This document shows positions 1 to 7,688 of a stretch of 64,000 nt of DNA, piece by piece. The position numbers and the translations under genes are program-made. The DNA lies in NCBI GenBank assembly GCA_009859145.1, contig VRVR01000008.1, positions 359,957 to 423,956 of the forward strand, read 5' to 3'. Each line of letters begins with the position of its first letter. Position 1 is the first letter of the stretch. This DNA is from Andalucia godoyi And28 (taxonomy: Eukaryota > Protista > Jakobida). The notes beneath the pieces are model-generated. The model saw only the letters and a program-made list of their open reading frames with translations, did not search any database and had not been told where the DNA came from.

Positions 1-123
1 ACATTTCGACAGGTTGTCCAACGGAGCCACCGCCCGATTCGGAACGTGCACTCTCGCCGCATCCGGTTCGCGCAGACACTGCAAAAAGTCACATTCCGAA
101 GACGTCAAATCCAGCTTGTCCAT
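1..123 (-). CDS. Probable 5' end of a gene running off the window (MDKLDLTSSECDFLQCLREPDAARV...), product unknown
   Basis: ATG at 123-121, open to position 1, with coding-like composition next to an AT-rich spacer. No recognisable motif. Confidence 0.3.
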   Translation of the reverse strand, partial: MDKLDLTSSECDFLQCLREPDAARVHVPNRAVAPLDNLSKC

Positions 124-645
124 CAGAAAGAACAAAACCAAAATAAAATAAAACAAACACAAACAATAAAACAATAAAACAATAAAACAACAACAACAAC
201 CCCACTCACTCTCCGTCTTCTTCCGTTCCTCACGGCCGTCGTCTAGCGTTGAGCGTTCCCTTCTCTTCGTGTTTTCACCAACCAAAAAAATAATAATGAG
301 GACGCTTCCATAAGATTCAATTCAGAAATTCCAGCAGTTCCTCAAATCGGTCTTCTTTTTCCCCTTTCCGTTTCTCTCTCGTTTCCTTTTCCCTTTTGTC
401 TGTTATCCGCTGTCTGTCGTCCCTTGGATTTTGTTTGTTGAACCCATTCCCCTTTTCCTTTTTCCCTTTCTCCCGTTTCACCTTGGACTTCGTTGTGTCA
501 CATAAAATTTTGAATAAAAGCACTGCTGTGTTCGTATTTTGATGTTTCACCGTGTTTATTTGGCACCACATCCTCCTCGCACTTCGCCGCACGTTGTCGG
601 TTTGTCTATTTCGTCTGTTTCATACTTGTACATTTTCAGAACCCG

Positions 646-1736
646 ATGGTGCAGGTGGTGAAAGCTGCGCTCCGAGAGCGGCTGCGCCATCCCGATCTGC
701 ACGATGCCCTCCTGAGTTGGGTGAGCGATTTGCCGTTCATCACGTGGCGCGGCGCACTCCTGCTAAACCACTACCTCGCCCTTGTGTTGGAGAATGACCT
801 GCCCTTTCCCGATTTCAAGGATTCGTTCTTGATGAATGCATTTACGTTTCCGGATGGCCGCATCATTGTTACTTCTTCCGAGTCCGTCCTTGCACTCACC
901 GCCTTTGCGGAGGAGCATTGGGACAACCATCCGCGGCTGCAGGGAGTCGGGTACAGAGGGGAGTACTGCCAAGCGTCGCGGTATCTTGCGAGAGAATGCC
1001 AAACCAACATGGCGAACGGCTTCAAGTTCGGTCTTGAGGCGAAGCTGCGTCGCCATGTCTTCGCATCCATCGCATCCATTCCCGCAGACGGCGTGCGGCT
1101 GACGACGAGATGGTCTCCAGAGAGCCAAACCCCAGGAGAAGGCGCGGAGCAGCGGGGCGCGAGGATCAGCAGCAGCAGCCGCGTCAGGTGCCGGCGGGCA
1201 TGACGCTTGTCGGGATCGACCCAGGGCGCGCAAACATCTTGACCGCGTTCGACGGGACTGCCGTGCGCAGCGAGATGCGCAACCAGTGGTATCATGCCAC
1301 TGGTGCAAATGCGGAGCGCAAGTGGATGGAGCAACGCAACGGTCGTGTTTGCGAGATTCTGGATGAGTTGTCGGCGCTGCTGCGGATCAGTCAAGAGGCC
1401 GACTGGCTTCCGCATCTTCATTTCTACAGGACGCATGTCAATGCCCTTTGGAGTCATTTCACGAACCACCAGGGGCTGAGACACTGCGCCACAGTGAACT
1501 GTCCATCTGACCGCCGGTGCGTGGGCCGCGATGCCAACGCCACGATGAACATTCGTCAGTGCTGGCTCAGCCGACCGCGGTTCTTGTGTCGGAATCCACG
1601 CGGTATTCCCAGTGCAAGCGAGCTGGAGTCCTCGCGTGAGGCACTCATGAAGATTGAACACGTCTGGTTCTGCCGGACATTTCACGCCTCCCGTTCCAAC
1701 TTCCGACTACGACAGGTGGAATCGAAACTGCTGTAG
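646..1736 (+). pseudogene. Decayed Fanzor1-like (eukaryotic TnpB/Cas12-family RuvC) nuclease gene, frameshifted and internally deleted
   Basis: ORF 646-1203 has a Fanzor1-type helical N-terminus (MVQVVKAALRERL...ITWRGALLLNHYL...LPFP...QTNMANGF..LEAKLRRHV). ORF 1110-1736, in another frame, carries RuvC-I VGIDPG and the C-terminal HQGLRHC-x3-C...C..RDANATMNI...RPRFLCR (RuvC-III Asp with distal Zn ligands). The RuvC-II Glu segment and proximal CxxC are missing. A 9-bp tandem duplication CGCATCCAT (1062-1079) lies near the frame switch. Confidence 0.75.
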
Positions 1737-1758
1737 ATGCATTATGTCGGAGACCAGA
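1626..1758 (+). ncRNA. Candidate Fanzor omegaRNA scaffold overlapping the 3' end of the ORF
   Basis: Pairings visible by eye: hairpin GAGTCCTC-gcgt-GAGGcACTC (1626-1646); TCTGGT 1663-1668 with ACCAGA 1753-1758; TCCGAC 1702-1707 with GTCGGA 1746-1751; CTACGACAG 1707-1715 with CTGCTGTAG 1728-1736. The position matches TnpB/Fanzor guide scaffolds. Expression is not shown. Confidence 0.4.
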
Positions 1759-1815
1759 AAAAAAAAATTAAGGACAAGAAATCCTTGTTCGTGGTTTGTA
1801 TTTCTTTAATGTTAT

Positions 1816-2343
1816 AACCCTCCAACCCAAATATCTGGTGGACGGCTGTGAATGTATATCATTGGATAGTATGGCTGAGTTGGCAGCCGTCGACATTACC
1901 GTTGAATGAAGGCCGGCCATTTTCCCCCTTGCAGAATGCTGTTACCAGTGGCGGCAGGTCGAGGCCCAATGCGACACTGTCAGCCGATTCCTTGTAATCG
2001 ATGATTTCTCCGCCACGGGGCCTCTCTCTCTCTCTCTCTCTCTCTGAGAGAGAGAGAGAGAGAGAGAAAGAACAAGTAGATAAAAAAATGCGGAATGACA
2101 ATAAAAGAAGCTCGTTGAAATCCCTGGTTTTTTCTCCTGGTTCCCAAGGTCCATTTGGTTCTAACGAATGCACTCATTGATCAGTTCGCGAGCTCTGAAC
2201 GAAACTATAATAGGCTGTTTCCGTTTTGGGGTGCGCATGGGCGCTGATGCTGACTGTAAACGTCAACTTTTTACCCCAAATAGTCTGTCTGAGGCGCAGC
2301 ATGCGAGCCAAATGTTTTGGAGAGAGGTTTGGGTTGGAGGGTT
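1816..2343. mobile_element. MITE-like non-autonomous element with 16-bp terminal inverted repeats (repeat family 1, copy 1)
   Basis: AACCCTCCAACCCAAA (1816-1831) is the exact reverse complement of TTTGGGTTGGAGGGTT (2328-2343). The internal sequence recurs at about 57790-58072. No clear target-site duplication. Confidence 0.6.
2022..2067. repeat. Palindromic microsatellite (CT)12 followed by (GA)11
   Basis: Read directly from the sequence; the two arms are self-complementary. Confidence 0.95.
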
Positions 2344-2419
2344 CCTACTTAAATTATTAATCAAGAGAAAAGAAAAAACAAGACAGAAATAACAAAATAA
2401 AAAGGAAACAGAAGAAACG

Positions 2420-3823
2420 ATGCGGTTCCAGGTAGCTTTGTGTGTGCTTCCGCTTCTGTTCTCCCTTGTTCTCAGTGCACCGGCGGCATCACATGCGCTC
2501 CCAAGGCTGCAAGTCTCGGGCGACTTGGTGCAGAAAGTTGTGGTTCGGACGATCGAGGCGTCGAATTCACTGATCCGGTCATCGGTACGCATCAAGTTTG
2601 AGAACAAAGGATCATCGACTGCGACTGAATTTGCGTTTATTCTCCCCAATGACCAAGCTTCCCGACTTGCGCTTCTCGAGCCGTCGCAGAAAAAGACAGT
2701 TCTGCCTGTTTCTGGACCGTTTTCCATCGATTTGCAGCCGGATTTTGTCGCATTTAAAGTTTCCGGGATCAAGATCAGCCCCTCCGAGACACAGGAGGTG
2801 ACTGTGAAGCTGTCTTTCACGGGCCGTCTTCGCCCTGAGCCAGAATTGACTCCGCAAGAGTCGCTGCAGTACGTCATCTTGTCGGATTCGCATCTTGTTG
2901 CATCGCCGTACAAGACGGAAAAGCAGTCCACGCGCATTAAGCTGGGTACAGATCGCGTTGAGTCGTATTCTGAGCTGAAGCCAATGTCCTTTGCGGACCG
3001 CGAGTTGTCGCTTGGACCATATGCGGATGTTGCGCCGTTCTCGGTCTCGTCGCTGCAAGTCCATTATGCAATGCAGGCAGGTCTTGTGGACATTGAAGAG
3101 CTTGTGAGGACTGTCGAAGTGTCGCATTGGGGATACGTTTCTTTCACAGACGACTACAGAGTCCGCAACAATGGAGCCGGTCTCAAGGGCGAGTTTTCCC
3201 GACTGGACTATGTGAGAAAGCAAGCATTTGGAAACTCGATTGCTTCGATGGATGTGAACATTCCGTATTCTGCTGTTGACATGTACTATCGCGACGAAAT
3301 CGGAAACATCTCGACATCCAACTTGTTCCGCTACGACGACCACATCCATGCGCAGCTGATGCCGCGATTTCCGCTGTTTGGACACTGGCAAACGGTGTTT
3401 ACGTTCGGCCATGCGGTGCCGCTCAATGTCCTTGGCTCATACACGGAGTCCGGAAAGAGACAGGTGGTGTTCTCGCTGTGGCCCGGCATGGAAAATGTGG
3501 GGCTGAAGAAAATGACGCTTAAGATCATGCTTCCAGAAGGAGCAACGGGCATTTCGACCATGGTTCCTTACTCGACCTATAAGGATGTGGATATCCGACA
3601 AGAGTCTGTTGCAACATATCTTGATGTCGGTGCCGGGAGACCAACGGTGGTTATCACGATTGAGAGTCTGACTCCGGAAATGGATTCTCTCGTACAGATC
3701 ACGTACGACTTTGCTGCAATCAGCATGTTGAGAGAACCGTTGCTGCTGATCTTTGCATTTTTTGTCCTTCTCGCAGTAGGAATCTGCGGTTCGCGACTGT
3801 CTCTCAAGATCAAGAATGATTAA
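2420..3823 (+). CDS. RPN1: Ribophorin I, oligosaccharyltransferase subunit
   Basis: Signal peptide; motifs R.VEVSHWG, LKGEFSRLDY, YYRDEIGNISTS, PRFPLFG.W, YLD..GRP, REPLLL; C-terminal TM; 467 aa. Confidence 0.95.
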   Translation: MRFQVALCVLPLLFSLVLSAPAASHALPRLQVSGDLVQKVVVRTIEASNSLIRSSVRIKFENKGSSTATEFAFILPNDQASRLALLEPSQKKTVLPVSGPFSIDLQPDFVAFKVSGIKISPSETQEVTVKLSFTGRLRPEPELTPQESLQYVILSDSHLVASPYKTEKQSTRIKLGTDRVESYSELKPMSFADRELSLGPYADVAPFSVSSLQVHYAMQAGLVDIEELVRTVEVSHWGYVSFTDDYRVRNNGAGLKGEFSRLDYVRKQAFGNSIASMDVNIPYSAVDMYYRDEIGNISTSNLFRYDDHIHAQLMPRFPLFGHWQTVFTFGHAVPLNVLGSYTESGKRQVVFSLWPGMENVGLKKMTLKIMLPEGATGISTMVPYSTYKDVDIRQESVATYLDVGAGRPTVVITIESLTPEMDSLVQITYDFAAISMLREPLLLIFAFFVLLAVGICGSRLSLKIKND

Positions 3824-4036
3824 AAATAAGAAGGGGGAAAAATGGTAGTGTAAGTTCGAAACTTGATTTTTGCGATTGATCAATTTGATCAGTTGAACCA
3901 AAGACTCTTCTTGACCGCAGCATCTTCAAACGTCCAGCAGCAAAACACAACCATAATGCACTCGCACCCTCACTCTCACTCCGGGACGGCCAGAAGGGGG
4001 CGTCTGGACAGCGGAGACAGCTTTGTGCGTCACCGT

Positions 4037-4193
4037 TGAACATCAAACAATACGATTTTCTTACCGTCGTCAAGTCCAGAATTTCTTCATTCTTCGCTTT
4101 TTTCTTTCTTTCTGTTATTTTCTGTTTGCTTTGTGTTTTTTATAATCGAGCTTTCAAGCACCTTTCATCAAAGACAAAACACATCTCATGGCT

Positions 4194-4229
<36 letters not shown>

Positions 4230-4280
4230 TCCCAACAAACTCAAACCAACCATGCCCGAAGATACCGAGAACCAAGAACC
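4037..4280 (+). repeat. Dispersed repeat family 2, copy A, containing an (AG)~15 tract at 4196-4226
   Basis: Shares exact blocks TGAACATCAAACAA, ATTTCTTCATTCTTCGCT, ACAAACTCAAACC and AGATACCGAGAACCAAG, in the same order, with the reverse complement of 42810-43078. Confidence 0.85.
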
Positions 4281-4548
4281 CGTTGATTCCCTTCTCGTCC
4301 GAGGCAGAGAGACCAAGAACGCAAGCGGTGGTGTGCCCTTTGCACTCGTTCACCTTCCGTAAAAAAACCCAACAAGACCATTTCCCCCTTATGCCGCCTT
4401 TTTTGGGTTCTATTTACGAAACCGTTTCACTTTCTTGAAATTTGGTAAATGTCTATATCGAAAGAGATACATAGAGATATAGTGCGTGGTTTCTCCCCTC
4501 CCCCATTAACAACGGCGTTTTGTTATTCGTCTTCATGATAGGTTCTGC

Positions 4549-7500
4549 ATGTCGGAAATCAATTTAATCGATCATCACATTCGTGATTTGAACAGCATTG
4601 AATTGGATCCGCGAGCAAAGTCTTTGAATTTGCACGGAAATCATATCGCGACGTTGAAAAATGCTTCTTTGGATCTGCGATTACCAAACATCCAACATCT
4701 TAATTTATCATCGAATATACTCGTATCGCTCGACTTTTTGGCGAATCTCTCCTTCTTGCGTGTTTTGAATGTCGCGTCGAACAGAATCACGTCGTTGTGT
4801 CCCATTCATCATTTGCAAAATCTGAAAATTGTCGTGCTTTCATTCAACAAGATTGGGCAACTGAGCCCGTTTTCCAGCGGGTCGGCGTCTGTGGAGATCC
4901 TGGATTTGAGGGGAAACGTGATTTCACAACTTTCGGAAATTTCACATCTGAGAGAGTTTACCCAACTGCGAGTGCTGTGGTTTCAAGTCGACGGAATGCA
5001 TCGAAACCCTGTATGTGCCGATAGTCAGTATTTGCAGACGGTGCATCGATGTTGTCCGCATGTCGAAGCTCCGTGCCTGGACTCTGGTCTCATGGACGAG
5101 GATTTGAAAAGGGAGCTTGTGGACGACTACTTGATTGAGAAGTATTCGAATTTTCCGGATGCTCACTCGCATCTGGATGAAGCAGACGATGGATGTGAAG
5201 ATGACTTGGGCGACTGGAAGCTGGATTCACAAGGAATGGGCAGCACTGGTGAGGATACGATGATTCCGTCGCCATCATCGAGCATTGCCTCGTCGATTCC
5301 TTCGCTTCCTGTGGTCCGGCACCTGGCAACTCCAAGAATTGACAGTGTGCTGCAGCAGAGAAAGCCAACAGCAGCAGCTCGTGTAAAGGAGGTGCCCAAG
5401 GGCGATCACCGAACCTCTGTCAAGGAAACCGGCGGCGTTACCGCCGATGCGTCCGACAACAGTGTTCCTGTTCGTGAACCGCCGAGAAGCAGTGAGCGAC
5501 CTGCAGTAGTCGCAAAAGACAGTCCCACTGCACCAGAGCCCAGGCCCCGGGAAGAACGGGCGGAGGTGGCTCCAAATCGTGCGTCTGCGCAGAGTGAAGA
5601 GACTGCTGCAACATCCACGAAAAAGAGCTCCGCAAGCCCGGATGTGAGGCTACGAGACGAGCATGTGATAGTTGAGGGGCTTGAGCGAGAAAAGGGGCTT
5701 CGGCGATTAGTCGAAGAGCTGCGTGGACAATTGGAAGTTTCGGAATCTCGGGTCCATAATGCAGAGTTTGCGTACCACAAGAACTCGCAAAGGTTGCTGT
5801 CCCAACTGGAGGAGGCTCGTCAGGTGATTGCAGAACAAGATGCGCGGCTGTCCGAGGAGGTGCGGCGACGGAGTAATGCAGAAAACAAACTGAAGGAAGC
5901 GAAGGAGTTTCTATTGGAGCGTGAGCAAGTTGTGCAGAAGCTCAGGGCGCAAAAGATTGAAATGGAAACGTCAGTTGCGTCATTGGAAGATCAAGTTAAA
6001 TCGATTTCTCTGAGTTCTGACGAGGAACGAAAGAATCTGGGTCATCAAGTCGACAGCTTGTCGATGGATAACGGGAAACTGAAGAGGCTTGTTGCAGAAA
6101 TGAATCGGCGATATGAAGGCATGGCCCAGGATCAAAGACGAACCATAGAGCGATTGGAGCAGGAGAACAAGGTGCTTCGCGAAGATGCTGTCCAGTACAA
6201 GTTGAATCTGGATCGCAGAGAAGAGGAACTGGGAAAATCGGAAAGAGGTCGATTGCTTGCCGAAGAAAAATCTTCCAACCTCAGCCAAGAGAATCTTCAT
6301 CTTCACAAGCTCGTGGTGGATCTCCAGGGTGTGAAGGACGCGAATTTTGAGATCTCGAAAGAGAATGCAGTCTGTAAGGAGCGCATGGCCAATCTCGAAG
6401 CAGAACTGGGGAAGGAGCATGAAAAGTACGCATTGTTCTTGCAAGATCACAGCAAGCTCCTTCGCGGAGTTGAAAAGTTCCGAAACGAGGTTCATCGCCT
6501 GCAGTCTGTCCTCGAATCCAAGGACGCATTGGTGAAATCCAAGGAGGATGAGTCGAACCGCTTGAAAGCAGAAGTAGGCCAGTTGAAGGCGGAGCTTGCA
6601 GATGTCAAGCTTCAGGTGTCGCAATCTGTCCAGGATTCCACAAAGGCCTCGCAGGATGGTGCCCAGGAATGCCAATTTTTGAAGAAGACCGTGGCGGAAT
6701 TGCAAGACTGTCTTCGACGAGTCATTGCGAAGCATGAAGAGACAAAGAAGTCTCTGGATGATGAGACGAAAAAGAATGCCGAGATGGAGGCGGTGCTCAA
6801 GACGTCGGTCCAAAAGGTGGAACTTGCAGAAAAGCAACGCGCGGAGCTGGACGCGCTAACGTCGGAACTGAAACGCAGAGACATGGAGCGCGTCACATCT
6901 TATCAACAGCTGGCCTCTCAGTTTGACCAGCAGTTGTCGAAACTGGTGATTGAGAACACAACACTTAAGGCCCAGTCCTCGGCGCTGCAAATGCAATCCC
7001 AAGATGATGTTGTTCAGCGACGTCTCCTTTCAGAGAAGGACAGCGAGCTGGATCGCATGGCGGAGCGTCTCGAGATCTATGAAAAAGAAATCAAGAATCT
7101 TCGTCGCATCGTTTCGGACAAGGATTCAAAACTGGAAAGCAAGCGGAATGAATTACGAGATGTACAAGAGAGTCTTGGGAAATACAATTCTGAAATCGAG
7201 AAGCTTCGAAAATCCGTGGAAGCCGAACGGTCAGAGTCTGCTGACCAGGTGAAAGTCCTTGAGAAAAAACTGGACGAGCAAAGAAAGGCAGAGGATGCTC
7301 TGCGTCGTGAACTGGAATTGAAGATCTCTGAGAAGCAGGGTGTCCTTGCGGATCGCGATCTGGCGATTGCAGGGCTGCGAAAGGAAATTGAAGCGCTGAA
7401 GGAACGAATGCTCCGCAACGATGCAGAGACGCGTGTTCTTCTGCAGGCCATTGACAAGCAGAAGCGCAAACTGGAAGAGAAGGAAGAGCACATCCAGCGA

Positions 7501-7566
7501 TTGCAGAACGCATTTCGAAGCGTTCAAACAGAGGTGTTTTCGCCTGCGAACTATCGCCGTGAATAG
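4549..7566 (+). CDS. N-terminal leucine-rich repeat plus long coiled-coil protein (LRRCC1/CLERC-like, probably centrosomal)
   Basis: SDS22-type LRRs (LNLSSNIL, LNVASNRI, LDLRGNVI) with an LRR cap (NPVC...Y), a low-complexity linker and about 600 aa of heptads; 1005 aa. Confidence 0.75.
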   Translation: MSEINLIDHHIRDLNSIELDPRAKSLNLHGNHIATLKNASLDLRLPNIQHLNLSSNILVSLDFLANLSFLRVLNVASNRITSLCPIHHLQNLKIVVLSFNKIGQLSPFSSGSASVEILDLRGNVISQLSEISHLREFTQLRVLWFQVDGMHRNPVCADSQYLQTVHRCCPHVEAPCLDSGLMDEDLKRELVDDYLIEKYSNFPDAHSHLDEADDGCEDDLGDWKLDSQGMGSTGEDTMIPSPSSSIASSIPSLPVVRHLATPRIDSVLQQRKPTAAARVKEVPKGDHRTSVKETGGVTADASDNSVPVREPPRSSERPAVVAKDSPTAPEPRPREERAEVAPNRASAQSEETAATSTKKSSASPDVRLRDEHVIVEGLEREKGLRRLVEELRGQLEVSESRVHNAEFAYHKNSQRLLSQLEEARQVIAEQDARLSEEVRRRSNAENKLKEAKEFLLEREQVVQKLRAQKIEMETSVASLEDQVKSISLSSDEERKNLGHQVDSLSMDNGKLKRLVAEMNRRYEGMAQDQRRTIERLEQENKVLREDAVQYKLNLDRREEELGKSERGRLLAEEKSSNLSQENLHLHKLVVDLQGVKDANFEISKENAVCKERMANLEAELGKEHEKYALFLQDHSKLLRGVEKFRNEVHRLQSVLESKDALVKSKEDESNRLKAEVGQLKAELADVKLQVSQSVQDSTKASQDGAQECQFLKKTVAELQDCLRRVIAKHEETKKSLDDETKKNAEMEAVLKTSVQKVELAEKQRAELDALTSELKRRDMERVTSYQQLASQFDQQLSKLVIENTTLKAQSSALQMQSQDDVVQRRLLSEKDSELDRMAERLEIYEKEIKNLRRIVSDKDSKLESKRNELRDVQESLGKYNSEIEKLRKSVEAERSESADQVKVLEKKLDEQRKAEDALRRELELKISEKQGVLADRDLAIAGLRKEIEALKERMLRNDAETRVLLQAIDKQKRKLEEKEEHIQRLQNAFRSVQTEVFSPANYRRE

Positions 7567-7688
7567 ACATGACCGGCACCTGTATTTATTCGATCACGCA
7601 ACTTGTACAATTTTTTCTTTTAATTTAAAACCCGCCAAAGATGATTTCTTCTTCCTTTTTCTTCTGCTTCTGCTGTTCTTCGAAACAA

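Noticed and set aside
771-1685. 304-aa ORF antisense to the Fanzor relic
   Set aside because: No recognisable motif; it is the shadow frame of GC-rich coding DNA whose sense strand carries the RuvC motifs.
5980-6837. Long antisense ORFs inside coiled-coil and other genes (also 13485-14141, 18307-19128, 40638-41723, 37031-37870)
   Set aside because: They lie wholly opposite well-supported genes and show the Leu/Phe/Ser bias expected from reverse-complemented Glu/Lys/Gln codons.
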